The translations under genes and the position numbers were made by a program. Positions 40,101 through 55,100 of a stretch of 64,000 nt of DNA are shown piece by piece (position 1 is the stretch's first letter; every line of letters begins with the position of its first letter). The notes beneath the pieces were generated by a model. The model searched no databases and had not been told where the DNA came from. It saw only the letters and a list, made by a program, of their open reading frames with translations. Source of the DNA: the human T2T-CHM13v2.0 reference genome, Homo sapiens; NCBI RefSeq assembly GCF_009914755.1, contig NC_060939.1. One strand, given 5' to 3'.

Positions 40101-43100
40101 TCACAGGATCTGCAAGTGGATATTTGGTGTGCTTTGAGGCCTATCGTGGAAAAGCAAGTAACTTCAGATAAAAACTATACAGAAGCATTCTGAGAAACTT
40201 CTTTGTGATGTGTGCATTGATCTCACAGAGTTGAAAGTGTATTTTGATTGAGCAGTTTTAAAACACTCCTTCTGTAGAATCTGCAAGTGGATAATTGGAG
40301 AGATTTGAGGTATGTTGTGGAAAAGCAAATATCTTCATATAAAAACTATACAGAAGCCTTCTGAGAAACATCTTTGTGAGGTTTGCATTCAACTCACAGA
40401 GCTGGACCTATCTCTTGAGTGACCAGTTTTGAATCTCTCTTTTTGTTCAATCTGCAAGTGGATATTTGGAGCGATTTGAGGCCTACATTTGAAAATCAAA
40501 TATCTTCCCTTAAAAACTACACAGAAACATTCTCAGAAATTGTTTGTCATGTGGGCTTTCAAATTACCAAGTTGAACCTATCTTGTGATTGAGCAGTTCT
40601 GAATCTCTCTTTTTGTGGAATCTGCAAATGGATATTTTTAGCCCTTTGCGGACTGTGGTGGAAAAGGAATGATCTTCAAATCCATTCTACACAGAAGCAT
40701 TCAGACAAACTTCTTGGTGATGAGTGCATTGGTCACACAGAATTGAACCTCTCCTTTGATTGAGCAATTCTGAAACACTCTTTCAGAGGGTCTGCAAGTG
40801 GATATTTTAGAGCTTTGGGACAATTGTGGAAAAGTAAATATCTTCACATAGAAACTACACGGAAGCATTCTGAGAAACTTCTTTGGAGGTGTGCATTCAA
40901 CTCACAGAGTTGAACCTATCTTTTCATTGAGCAGTTTTGAATCTCTCTTTTTGTAGACTCTGCTTGCAGATATTTGGAGAGCTTTGAGGCCTATTGTGGA
41001 AAAGGGAATATGTTCACATAAAAACACACAGAAGCACTCTGAGAAACTTCTTTGTGAGGTGTGCATTCAACTCACAGAGTTGAACCTATCTTTTGATGGA
41101 GAAGTTTTGAATCTCTCTTTTTGTAGAAGCTGCATGTGGATATTTGGAGACGTTTGTGGCCTATGGTAGAAAAGGATATATCTTCAAATAAAAACTAGAC
41201 AGAAGCATTTTGAGAAAATTCTCTGTGCTGTGTGCATTCATATCATATGGTTGAAACTACCTTTTGATTGAGCAGTTTCGAGTCTCTCTGTTTGTACCAT
41301 CTGCAATGGATATTTGGAGCCCTTTGTGGTCTGTGGTGGAAAAGGAACTATCCTCAAATAAAAACTACACGGAAGTATTCTGAGAAACTTCTTTGTGATG
41401 TGTGCATTTATCTCACAGAGTTGAACCTTTGGTTTGATTGAGCAGTTTTGAGATAATCTTTCCATAGAATCTGGAAGTGAATACTTGGATAACTTTGAGA
41501 TCTATTTTGGAGAAGGAGATATCTTTATATAAAAACTGCACAGAAGCATTCTGAGAAACATCTTTGTGAGGTGTGCAATGAAGTCACAGAGTTGAAACTA
41601 TCTTTTGATTCAGCAGTTTTGAGTCTCTCTTTTTGCAGAATCTGCGAGTGGATATCTGGAGAACGTTGAGGCCTACTTGGAAAAGGAAATATCTTCACAT
41701 AAAAACTACGCAGAAGCATTTTGAGATACTTCTTTGTGAGGTGTGCATTCAACTCACAGAGTTGAACTTATCTTTCCATGGAGCACTTTCATATCTCTTT
41801 TTTTGTGGAATCTGCAAGTGGATATTTGGAGCTCTTTGCACCCTGTGGTGGAAAGGGAAATATCTTCATATAAAAACTACAAAGAAGCATTCAGAGAAAC
41901 TTCTTTGTGATGAATGCATTCCTCACACAGAGTTGAGCCTTTCTTTTTATTGAGCAGTATTGAAACGCTCTTTTTGCAGAATCACCAAGTGGATATTTGG
42001 AGAGCTTTGGGGCCTGATTTGGAAAATGAAATATCTTCAAAGTAAAACTACACAGAACCATTCTGAGAAACTTCTTCATGATGTGAGCATTCAACTCTCA
42101 GAGTTGAAGCTACCTTATGATTGAGCAATTTGGAAACACTCTTTTTGTAGAGCCTGCAAGTGGATATTTAGAACGATTTGAGGCCTATTGTGGAAAAGCA
42201 AATATCTTCACATAAAAACTACACAGAAGCATTCTCAGAGACTTCTTTGGGATGTGTGCATTCAACTAACAGTGTTGAACCTATCTTTTGATTGAGCAGC
42301 TTAGAATCTCTCCTTTTGTAGAAAATGCAAGTAGAGATTTGGAGCCCCATTTCGCCCTATGGTAGAAAACAGAACATCTTCACATAAAAACTACGCAGAA
42401 GCATTCTGAGAAACTTCTTTGTGATGTTTGCATTGAACTCCCAGAGTCGAACCTATCTTTTGATAGAGCAGTTTTGTATCTCTCTTTTTGCAGAATCTGC
42501 AAGTGGATATTTGGAAAGCTTGAGGCCTATTGTGAAAAAGGAAATATCTTCACATAGAAACTACAGAGAAGCATTCTGAGAAACTTCTCTGTGAGGCATG
42601 GATTCAACCCACAGAGTTGGACTTATCATTGAGCAGTTTTGAATCTCTCTTTTGGTCGAATCTGCAAGTGGATATTTGGAGCCCTTTTGCAACCTATGGT
42701 GGAAAAGGAAACACCTTCACATAAAAACTATATAGAAGCATTCCGAAAAACTTCTTTGTGATGTGTGCATTCATCTCACAGAGTTGAACCTATCTAATGA
42801 TTGAGCAGTTTTGAAACACTCATTTTGTAGAACCTGGAAGTGGATATTGGGAGTAGTTTGTGGCCTTCTTTGGAAAAGGAAATATCTTCACATGAAAACT
42901 ACAAAGAAGCATTCTGAGAAACTTCTTTGTGATGTGTGCATGCATCTCACAGTGTTGGACGTTTCTTTTGATAGGGCAGTTTCGAAAGAGTCTTCTTGTA
43001 GAGTCTGCAAGTGGATATTTGGAGCGCTTTGAGGCCTAATGTGGAAAATCAAATATCTTCACATAAAAACTACACAGAGGCATTCTGAGAAACTTCTTTT

Positions 43101-46100
43101 TTGTGTGTGCATTCAACTCACATAGTTGAAGTTATCTTTCGATTTAGCTGTTTTGAATCTCCTTTTTGCAGAATCTGCAAGTTGATACCTGGAGCCCTGT
43201 TTCACCCTATAGTGGAAAAGCAAATATCTTCACATAAACAAACACTACAGAGAAGCATTCAGAGAAAGTCCTTTGTGATGTGTGCATTGAACACGCAGAG
43301 TTGAAACTATCTTTTGATTGTACAGTTTTGAATATCTCTTTTTGTAGAATCTGCAAGTGGAAGTTTGGAGCTGTTTGCACGCTGTGGTGCAAAAGGAAAT
43401 ATCTTCATATAAAAACTACACAGAAGCTTTCAGAGAGACTTCTTTGTGAGGAATGCGTTCCTCACACAGAGTTGAATCTACCTTTTTATTGAGTAGTTTT
43501 GAAACCCTCTTTTTGCAGAATAACCAGGGGGATATTTGGAGAGCTTTGAGGCCTGTTTTGGAAAAGGAAATATCTTCAAATTAAAACCACACAGAAGCAT
43601 TCTGAGAAACTTCTTTGTGATGTGTGCATTCAACTCTCAGAGTTGAACGTGTCTTATGATGGAGCAGTTTGGAAACACTCTTTTTGTAGAAACTGCAAGT
43701 GGATATGTAGAGCGATTTGAGGCCTACTGTGGAAAAGCAAATATCTTCACATAACAACTACACAGAAGCACTCCTAGAAACTTCTTTGTGATGTGTGAAT
43801 TCAACTCACAGAGCTGAACCTATCTTTTGATGGAGTAGCTTAGAATGTCTCTTTTTTTAGAATCTGCACGTGGATATTTGGAGCGCTTTGAGACCTAAAG
43901 TGGAAAAGCAAATATCTTCACATAAAATCTACATAGAGGCACTCTAAGAAACTTCTTTTTGATGTGTGCATTCAACTCACAGAGCGGAAGCACACAGTGC
44001 TTGAGTGACCAGTTTTGAATCTCTCTTTTTGTACAATCTGCAAGTGGATATTGGGAGCCCTTTGCGGCCTGTGGTGGAAAAGGAAATATCTTCAAATAAA
44101 AACTACACAGAAGCATTCTGAGAAACTTCTTTGTGATGTGTACATTCATCTCACAGAGTTGACAATTTCTTTTGATTGAGCAGTTTTGAAACACTGCTTT
44201 TGTAGAGTCTGGAAGTTGATATTTGGAGGGCTTTGAGGTCTATTTCGGAAAAGAAAATATCTTCACTTAAAAACTAGGCAGAAATACTGTGAGAAACTTC
44301 TTTGTTATGTGAGCATTCAACTCACAGAGCTGAACCTATCTTTTGATTGAGCAGTTTTGAATCTCTCATTTTGCAGAATCTGCAAGGGGATATTTGGAGC
44401 CCTTTGCTACCTAGGGTGGAAAAGGAAATACCTCCAAATAAAAACTACACAGAGGCATTCTGAGAAACTTCTTGTGATTGTGCATTCAACTCACAGAGTT
44501 AAACCTATCTTATGATTGACCAGTTTTGGAACACTGTTTTCACAGGATCTGCAAGTGGATATTTGGTGTGCTTTGAGGCCTATCGTGGAAAAGCAAGTAA
44601 CTTCAGATAAAAACTATACAGAAGCATTCTGAGAAACTTCTTTGTGATGTGTGCATTGATCTCACAGAGTTGAAAGTGTATTTTGATTGAGCAGTTTTAA
44701 AACACTCCTTCTGTAGAATCTGCAAGTGGATAATTGGAGAGATTTGAGGTATGTTGTGGAAAAGCAAATATCTTCATATAAAAACTATACAGAAGCCTTC
44801 TGAGAAACATCTTTGTGAGGTTTGCATTCAACTCACAGAGCTGGACCTATCTCTTGAGTGACCAGTTTTGAATCTCTCTTTTTGTTCAATCTGCAAGTGG
44901 ATATTTGGAGCGATTTGAGGCCTACATTTGAAAATCAAATATCTTCCCTTAAAAACTACACAGAAACATTCTCAGAAATTGTTTGTCATGTGGGCTTTCA
45001 AATTACCAAGTTGAACCTATCTTGTGATTGAGCAGTTCTGAATCTCTCTTTTTGTGGAATCTGCAAATGGATATTTTTAGCCCTTTGCGGACTGTGGTGG
45101 AAAAGGAATGATCTTCAAATCCATTCTACACAGAAGCATTCAGACAAACTTCTTGGTGATGAGTGCATTGGTCACACAGAATTGAACCTCTCCTTTGATT
45201 GAGCAATTCTGAAACACTCTTTCAGAGGGTCTGCAAGTGGATATTTTAGAGCTTTGGGACAATTGTGGAAAAGTAAATATCTTCACATAGAAACTACACG
45301 GAAGCATTCTGAGAAACTTCTTTGGAGGTGTGCATTCAACTCACAGAGTTGAACCTATCTTTTCATTGAGCAGTTTTGAATCTCTCTTTTTGTAGACTCT
45401 GCTTGCAGATATTTGGAGAGCTTTGAGGCCTATTGTGGAAAAGGGAATATGTTCACATAAAAACACACAGAAGCACTCTGAGAAACTTCTTTGTGAGGTG
45501 TGCATTCAACTCACAGAGTTGAACCTATCTTTTGATGGAGAAGTTTTGAATCTCTCTTTTTGTAGAAGCTGCATGTGGATATTTGGAGACGTTTGTGGCC
45601 TATGGTAGAAAAGGATATATCTTCAAATAAAAACTAGACAGAAGCATTTTGAGAAAATTCTCTGTGCTGTGTGCATTCATATCACATGGTTGAAACTACC
45701 TTTTGATTGAGCAGTTTCGAGTCTCTCTGTTTGTACCATCTGCAATGGATATTTGGAGCCCTTTGTGGTCTGTGGTGGAAAAGGAACTATCCTCAAATAA
45801 AAACTACACGGAAGTATTCTGAGAAACTTCTTTGTGATGTGTGCATTTATCTCACAGAGTTGAACCTTTGGTTTGATTGAGCAGTTTTGAGATAATCTTT
45901 CCATAGAATCTGGAAGTGAATACTTGGATAACTTTGAGATCTATTTTGGAGAAGGAGATATCTTTATATAAAAACTGCACAGAAGCATTCTGAGAAACAT
46001 CTTTGTGAGGTGTGCAATGAAGCCACAGAGTTGAAACTATGTTTTGATTCAGCAGTTTTGAGTCTCTCTTTTTGCAGAATCTGCGAGTGGATATCTGGAG

Positions 46101-49100
46101 AACGTTGAGGCCTACTTGGAAAAGGAAATATCTTCACATAAAAACTACGCAGAAGCATTTTGAGATACTTCTTTGTGAGGTGTGCATTCAACTCACAGAG
46201 TTGAACTTATCTTTCCATGGAGCACTTTCATATCTCTTTTTTTGTGGAATCTGCAAGTGGATATTTGGAGCTCTTTGCACCCTGTGGTGGAAAGGGAAAT
46301 ATCTTCATATAAAAACTACAAAGAAGCATTCAGAGAAACTTCTTTGTGATGAATGCATTCCTCACACAGAGTTGAGCCTTTCTTTTTATTGAGCAGTATT
46401 GAAACGCTCTTTTTGCAGAATCACCAAGTGGATATTTGGAGAGCTTTGGGGCCTGATTTGGAAAATGAAATATCTTCAAAGTAAAACTACACAGAACCAT
46501 TCTGAGAAACTTCTTCATGATGTGAGCATTCAACTCTCAGAGTTGAAGCTACCTTATGATTGAGCAATTTGGAAACACTCTTTTTGTAGAGCCTGCAAGT
46601 GGATATTTAGAACGATTTGAGGCCTATTGTGGAAAAGCAAATATCTTCACATAAAAACTACACAGAAGCATTCTCAGAGACTTCTTTGGGATGTGTGCAT
46701 TCACCTAACAGTGTTGAACCTATCTTTTGATTGAGCAGCTTAGAATCTCTCCTTTTGTAGAAAATGCAAGTAGAGATTTGGAGCCCCATTTCGCCCTATG
46801 GTAGAAAACAGAACATCTTCACATAAAAACTACGCAGAAGCATTCTGAGAAACTTCTTTGTGATGTTTGCATTGAACTCCCAGAGTCGAACCTATCTTTT
46901 GATAGAGCAGTTTTGTATCTCTCTTTTTGCAGAATCTGCAAGTGGATATTTGGAAAGCTTGAGGCCTATTGTGAAAAAGGAAATATCTTCACATAGAAAC
47001 TACAGAGAAGCATTCTGAGAAACTTCTCTGTGAGGCATGGATTCAACCCACAGAGTTGGACTTATCATTGAGCAGTTTTGAATCTCTCTTTTGGTCGAAT
47101 CTGCAAGTGGATATTTGGAGCCCTTTTGCAACCTATGGTGGAAAAGGAAACACCTTCACATAAAAACTATATAGAAGCATTCCGAAAAACTTCTTTGTGA
47201 TGTGTGCATTCATCTCACAGAGTTGAACCTATCTAATGATTGAGCAGTTTTGAAACACTCATTTTGTAGAACCTGGAAGTGGATATTGGGAGTAGTTTGT
47301 GGCCTTCTTTGGAAAAGGAAATATCTTCACATGAAAACTACAAAGAAGCATTCTGAGAAACTTCTTTGTGATGTGTGCATGCATCTCACAGTGTTGGACG
47401 TTTCTTTTGATAGGGCAGTTTCGAAAGAGTCTTCTTGTAGAGTCTGCAAGTGGATATTTGGAGCGCTTTGAGGCCTAATGTGGAAAATCAAATATCTTCA
47501 CATAAAAACTACACAGAGGCATTCTGAGAAACTTCTTTTTTGTGTGTGCATTCAACTCACATAGTTGAAGTTATCTTTCGATTTAGCTGTTTTGAATCTC
47601 CTTTTTGCAGAATCTGCAAGTTGATACCTGGAGCCCTGTTTCACCCTATAGTGGAAAAGCAAATATCTTCACATAAACAAACACTACAGAGAAGCATTCA
47701 GAGAAAGTCCTTTGTGATGTGTGCATTGAACACGCAGAGTTGAAACTATCTTTTGATTGTACAGTTTTGAATATCTCTTTTTGTAGAATCTGCAAGTGGA
47801 AGTTTGGAGCTGTTTGCACGCTGTGGTGCAAAAGGAAATATCTTCATATAAAAACTACACAGAAGCTTTCAGAGAGACTTCTTTGTGAGGAATGCGTTCC
47901 TCACACAGAGTTGAATCTACCTTTTTATTGAGTAGTTTTGAAACCCTCTTTTTGCAGAATAACCAGGGGGATATTTGGAGAGCTTTGAGGCCTGTTTTGG
48001 AAAAGGAAATATCTTCAAATTAAAACCACACAGAAGCATTCTGAGAAACTTCTTTGTGATGTGTGCATTCAACTCTCAGAGTTGAACGTGTCTTATGATG
48101 GAGCAGTTTGGAAACACTCTTTTTGTAGAAACTGCAAGTGGATATGTAGAGCGATTTGAGGCCTACTGTGGAAAAGCAAATATCTTCACATAACAACTAC
48201 ACAGAAGCACTCCTAGAAACTTCTTTGTGATGTGTGAATTCAACTCACAGAGCTGAACCTATCTTTTGATGGAGTAGCTTAGAATGTCTCTTTTTTTAGA
48301 ATCTGCACGTGGATATTTGGAGCGCTTTGAGACCTAAAGTGGAAAAGCAAATATCTTCACATAAAATCTACATAGAGGCACTCTAAGAAACTTCTTTTTG
48401 ATGTGTGCATTCAACTCACAGAGCGGAAGCACACAGTGCTTGAGTGACCAGTTTTGAATCTCTCTTTTTGTACAATCTGCAAGTGGATATTGGGAGCCCT
48501 TTGCGGCCTGTGGTGGAAAAGGAAATATCTTCAAATAAAAACTACACAGAAGCATTCTGAGAAACTTCTTTGTGATGTGTACATTCATCTCACAGAGTCG
48601 ACAATTTCTTTTGATTGAGCAGTTTTGAAACACTGCTTTTGTAGAGTCTGGAAGTTGATATTTGGAGGGCTTTGAGGTCTATTTCGGAAAAGAAAATATC
48701 TTCACTTAAAAACTAGGCAGAAATACTGTGAGAAACTTCTTTGTTATGTGAGCATTCAACTCACAGAGCTGAACCTATCTTTTGATTGAGCAGTTTTGAA
48801 TCTCTCATTTTGCAGAATCTGCAAGGGGATATTTGGAGCCCTTTGCTACCTAGGGTGGAAAAGGAAATACCTCCAAATAAAAACTACACAGAGGCATTCT
48901 GAGAAACTTCTTGTGATTGTGCATTCAACTCACAGAGTTAAACCTATCTTATGATTGACCAGTTTTGGAACACTGTTTTCACAGGATCTGCAAGTGGATA
49001 TTTGGTGTGCTTTGAGGCCTATCGTGGAAAAGCAAGTAACTTCAGATAAAAACTATACAGAAGCATTCTGAGAAACTTCTTTGTGATGTGTGCATTGATC

Positions 49101-52100
49101 TCACAGAGTTGAAAGTGTATTTTGATTGAGCAGTTTTAAAACACTCCTTCTGTAGAATCTGCAAGTGGATAATTGGAGAGATTTGAGGTATGTTGTGGAA
49201 AAGCAAATATCTTCATATAAAAACTATACAGAAGCCTTCTGAGAAACATCTTTGTGAGGTTTGCATTCAACTCACAGAGCTGGACCTATCTCTTGAGTGA
49301 CCAGTTTTGAATCTCTCTTTTTGTTCAATCTGCAAGTGGATATTTGGAGCGATTTGAGGCCTACATTTGAAAATCAAATATCTTCCCTTAAAAACTACAC
49401 AGAAACATTCTCAGAAATTGTTTGTCATGTGGGCTTTCAAATTACCAAGTTGAACCTATCTTGTGATTGAGCAGTTCTGAATCTCTCTTTTTGTGGAATC
49501 TGCAAATGGATATTTTTAGCCCTTTGCGGACTGTGGTGGAAAAGGAATGATCTTCAAATCCATTCTACACAGAAGCATTCAGACAAACTTCTTGGTGATG
49601 AGTGCATTGGTCACACAGAATTGAACCTCTCCTTTGATTGAGCAATTCTGAAACACTCTTTCAGAGGGTCTGCAAGTGGATATTTTAGAGCTTTGGGACA
49701 ATTGTGGAAAAGTAAATATCTTCACATAGAAACTACACGGAAGCATTCTGAGAAACTTCTTTGGAGGTGTGCATTCAACTCACAGAGTTGAACCTATCTT
49801 TTCATTGAGCAGTTTTGAATCTCTCTTTTTGTAGACTCTGCTTGCAGATATTTGGAGAGCTTTGAGGCCTATTGTGGAAAAGGGAATATGTTCACATAAA
49901 AACACACAGAAGCACTCTGAGAAACTTCTTTGTGAGGTGTGCATTCAACTCACAGAGTTGAACCTATCTTTTGATGGAGAAGTTTTGAATCTCTCTTTTT
50001 GTAGAAGCTGCATGTGGATATTTGGAGACGTTTGTGGCCTATGGTAGAAAAGGATATATCTTCAAATAAAAACTAGACAGAAGCATTTTGAGAAAATTCT
50101 CTGTGCTGTGTGCATTCATATCACATGGTTGAAACGACCTTTTGATTGAGCAGTTTCGAGTCTCTCTGTTTGTACCATCTGCAATGGATATTTGGAGCCC
50201 TTTGTGGTCTGTGGTGGAAAAGGAACTATCCTCAAATAAAAACTACACGGAAGTATTCTGAGAAACTTCTTTGTGATGTGTGCATTTATCTCACAGAGTT
50301 GAACCTTTGGTTTGATTGAGCAGTTTTGAGATAATCTTTCCATAGAATCTGGAAGTGAATACTTGGATAACTTTGAGATCTATTTTGGAGAAGGAGATAT
50401 CTTTATATAAAAACTGCACAGAAGCATTCTGAGAAACATCTTTGTGAGGTGTGCAATGAAGTCACAGAGTTGAAACTATGTTTTGATTCAGCAGTTTTGA
50501 GTCTCTCTTTTTGCAGAATCTGCGAGTGGATATCTGGAGAACGTTGAGGCCTACTTGGAAAAGGAAATATCTTCACATAAAAACTACGCAGAAGCATTTT
50601 GAGATACTTCTTTGTGAGGTGTGCATTCAACTCACAGAGTTGAACTTATCTTTCCATGGAGCACTTTCATATCTCTTTTTTTGTGGAATCTGCAAGTGGA
50701 TATTTGGAGCTCTTTGCACCCTGTGGTGGAAAGGGAAATATCTTCATATAAAAACTACAAAGAAGCATTCAGAGAAACTTCTTTGTGATGAATGCATTCC
50801 TCACACAGAGTTGAGCCTTTCTTTTTATTGAGCAGTATTGAAACGCTCCTTTTGCAGAATCACCAAGTGGATATTTGGAGAGCTTTGGGGCCTGATTTGG
50901 AAAATGAAATATCTTCAAAGTAAAACTACACAGAACCATTCTGAGAAACTTCTTCATGATGTGAGCATTCAACTCTCAGAGTTGAAGCTACCTTATGATT
51001 GAGCAATTTGGAAACACTCTTTTTGTAGAGCCTGCAAGTGGATATTTAGAACGATTTGAGGCCTATTGTGGAAAAGCAAATATCTTCACATAAAAACTAC
51101 ACAGAAGCATTCTCAGAAACTTCTTTGGGATGTGTGCATTCAACTAACAGTGTTGAACCTATCTTTTGATTGAGCAGCTTAGAATCTCTCCTTTTGTAGA
51201 AAATGCAAGTAGAGATTTGGAGCCCCATTTCGCCCTATGGTAGAAAACAGAACATCTTCACATAAAAACTACACAGAAGCATTCTGAGAAACTTCTTTGT
51301 GATGTTTGCATTGAACTCCCAGAGTCGAACCTATCTTTTGATAGAGCAGTTTTGTATCTCTCTTTTTGCAGAATCTGCAAGTGGATATTTGGAAAGCTTG
51401 AGGCCTATTGTGAAAAAGGAAATATCTTCACATAGAAACTACAGAGAAGCATTCTGAGAAACTTCTCTGTGAGGCATGGATTCAACCCACAGAGTTGGAC
51501 TTATCATTGAGCAGTTTTGAATCTCTCTTTTGGTCGAATCTGCAAGTGGATATTTGGAGCCCTTTTGCAACCTATGGTGGAAAAGGAAACACCTTCACAT
51601 AAAAACTATATAGAAGCATTCCGAAAAACTTCTTTGTGATGTGTGCATTCATCTCACAGAGTTGAACCTATCTAATGATTGAGCAGTTTTGAAACACTCA
51701 TTTTGTAGAACCTGGAAGTGGATATTGGGAGTAGTTTGTGGCCTTCTTTGGAAAAGGAAATATCTTCACATGAAAACTACAAAGAAGCATTCTGAGAAAC
51801 TTCTTTGTGATGTGTGCATGCATCTCACAGTGTTGGACGTTTCTTTTGATGGGGCAGTTTCGAAAGAGTCTTCTTGTAGAGTCTGCAAGTGGATATTTGG
51901 AGCGCTTTGAGGCCTAATGTGGAAAATCAAATATCTTCACATAAAAACTACACAGAGGCATTCTGAGAAACTTCTTTTTTGTGTGTGCATTCAACTCACA
52001 TAGTTGAAGTTATCTTTCGATTTAGCTGTTTTGAATCTCCTTTTTGCAGAATCTGCAAGTTGATACCTGGAGCCCTGTTTCACCCTATAGTGGAAAAGCA

Positions 52101-55100
52101 AATATCTTCACATAAACAAACACTACAGAGAAGCATTCAGAGTAAAGTCCTTTGTGATGTGTGCATTGAACACGCAGAGTTGAAACTATCTTTTGATTGT
52201 ACAGTTTTGAATATCTCTTTTTGTAGAATCTGCAAGTGGAAGTTTGGAGCTGTTTGCACGCTGTGGTGCAAAAGGAAATATCTTCATATAAAAACTACAC
52301 AGAAGCTTTCAGAGAGACTTCTTTGTGAGGAATGCGTTCCTCACACAGAGTTGAATCTACCTTTTTATTGAGTAGTTTTGAAACCCTCTTTTTGCAGAAT
52401 AACCAGGGGGATATTTGGAGAGCTTTGAGGCCTGTTTTGGAAAAGGAAATATCTTCAAATTAAAACCACACAGACGCATTCTGAGAAACTTCTTTGTGAT
52501 GTGTGCATTCAACTCTCAGAGTTGAACGTGTCTTATGATGGAGCAGTTTGGAAACACTCTTTTTGTAGAAACTGCAAGTGGATATGTAGAGCGATTTGAG
52601 GCCTACTGTGGAAAAGCAAATATCTTCACATAACAACTACACAGAAGCACTCCTAGAAACTTCTTTGTGATGTGTGAATTCAACTCACAGAGCTGAACCT
52701 ATCTTTTGATGGAGTAGCTTAGAATGTCTCTTTTTTTAGAATCTGCACGTGGATATTTGGAGCGCTTTGAGACCTAAAGTGGAAAAGCAAATATCTTCAC
52801 ATAAAATCTACATAGAGGCACTCTAAGAAACTTCTTTTTGATGTGTGCATTCAACTCACAGAGCGGAAGCACACAGTGCTTGAGTGACCAGTTTTGAATC
52901 TCTCTTTTTGTACAATCTGCAAGTGGATATTGGGAGCCCTTTGCGGCCTGTGGTGGAAAAGGAAATATCTTCAAATAAAAACTACACAGAAGCATTCTGA
53001 GAAACTTCTTTGTGATGTGTACATTCATCTCACAGAGTTGACAATTTCTTTTGATTGAGCAGTTTTGAAACACTGCTTTTGTAGAGTCTGGAAGTTGATA
53101 TTTGGAGGGCTTTGAGGTCTATTTCGGAAAAGAAAATATCTTCACTTAAAAACTAGGCAGAAATACTGTGAGAAACTTCTTTGTTATGTGAGCATTCAAC
53201 TCACAGAGCTGAACCTATCTTTTGATTGAGCAGTTTTGAATCTCTCATTTTGCAGAATCTGCAAGGGGATATTTGGAGCCCTTTGCTACCTAGGGTGGAA
53301 AAGGAAATACCTCCAAATAAAAACTACACAGAGGCATTCTGAGAAACTTCTTGTGATTGTGCATTCAACTCACAGAGTTAAACCTATCTTATGATTGACC
53401 AGTTTTGGAACACTGTTTTCACAGGATCTGCAAGTGGATATTTGGTGTGCTTTGAGGCCTATCGTGGAAAAACAAGTAACTTCAGATAAAAACTATACAG
53501 AAGCATTCTGAGAAACTTCTTTGTGATGTGTGCATTGATCTCACAGAGTTGAAAGTGTATTTTGATTGAGCAGTTTTAAAACACTCCTTCTGTAGAATCT
53601 GCAAGTGGATAATTGGAGAGATTTGAGGTATGTTGTGGAAAAGCAAATATCTTCATATAAAAACTATACAGAAGCCTTCTGAGAAACATCTTTGTGAGAT
53701 TTGCATTCAAATCACAGAGCTGGACCTATCTCTTGAGTGACCAGTTTTGAATCTCTCTTTTTGTTCAATCTGCAAGTGGATATTTGGAGCGATTTGAGGC
53801 CTACATTTGAAAATCAAATATCTTCCCTTAAAAACTACACAGAAACATTCTCAGAAATTGTTTGTCATGTGGGCTTTCAAATTACCAAGTTGAACCTATC
53901 TTGTGATTGAGCAGTTCTGAATCTCTCTTTTTGTGGAATCTGCAAATGGATATTTTTAGCCCTTTGCGGACTGTGGTGGAAAAGGAATGATCTTCAAATC
54001 CATTCTACACAGAAGCATTCAGACAAACTTCTTGGTGATGAGTGCATTGGTCACACAGAATTGAACCTCTCCTTTGATTGAGCAATTCTGAAACACTCTT
54101 TCAGAGGGTCTGCAAGTGGATATTTTAGAGCTTTGGGACAATTGTGGAAAAGTAAATATCTTCACATAGAAACTACACGGAAGCATTCTGAGAAACTTCT
54201 TTGGAGGTGTGCATTCAACTCACAGAGTTGAACCTATCTTTTCATTGAGCAGTTTTGAATCTCTCTTTTTGTAGACTCTGCTTGCAGATATTTGGAGAGC
54301 TTTGAGGCCTATTGTGGAAAAGGGAATATGTTCACATAAAAACACACAGAAGCACTCTGAGAAACTTCTTTGTGAGGTGTGCATTCAACTCACAGAGTTG
54401 AACCTATCTTTTGATGGAGAAGTTTTGAATCTCTCTTTTTGTAGAAGCTGCATGTGGATATTTGGAGACGTTTGTGGCCTATGGTAGAAAAGGATATATC
54501 TTCAAATAAAAACTAGACAGAAGCATTTTGAGAAAATTCTCTGTGCTGTGTGCATTCATATCACATGGTTGAAACTACCTTTTGATTGAGCAGTTTCGAG
54601 TCTCTCTGTTTGTACCATCTGCAATGGATATTTGGAGCCCTTTGTGGTCTGTGGTGGAAAAGGAACTATCCTCAAATAAAAACTACACGGAAGTATTCTG
54701 AGAAACTTCTTTGTGATGTGTGCATTTATCTCACAGAGTTGAACCTTTGGTTTGATTGAGCAGTTTTGAGATAATCTTTCCATAGAATCTGGAAGTGAAT
54801 ACTTGGATAACTTTGAGATCTATTTTGGAGAAGGAGATATCTTTATATAAAAACTGCACAGAAGCATTCTGAGAAACATCTTTGTGAGGTGTGCAATGAA
54901 GTCACAGAGTTGAAACTATCTTTTGATTCAGCAGTTTTGAGTCTCTCTTTTTGCAGAATCTGCGAGTGGATATCTGGAGAACGTTGAGGCCTACTTGGAA
55001 AAGGAAATATCTTCACATAAAAACTACGCAGAAGCATTTTGAGATACTTCTTTGTGAGGTGTGCATTCAACTCACAGAGTTGAACTTATCTTTCCATGGA

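Noticed and set aside
51979-52371. Longest ORF (130 aa)
   Set aside because: It arises from the single 1-bp insertion at 52143 joining two spurious frames.
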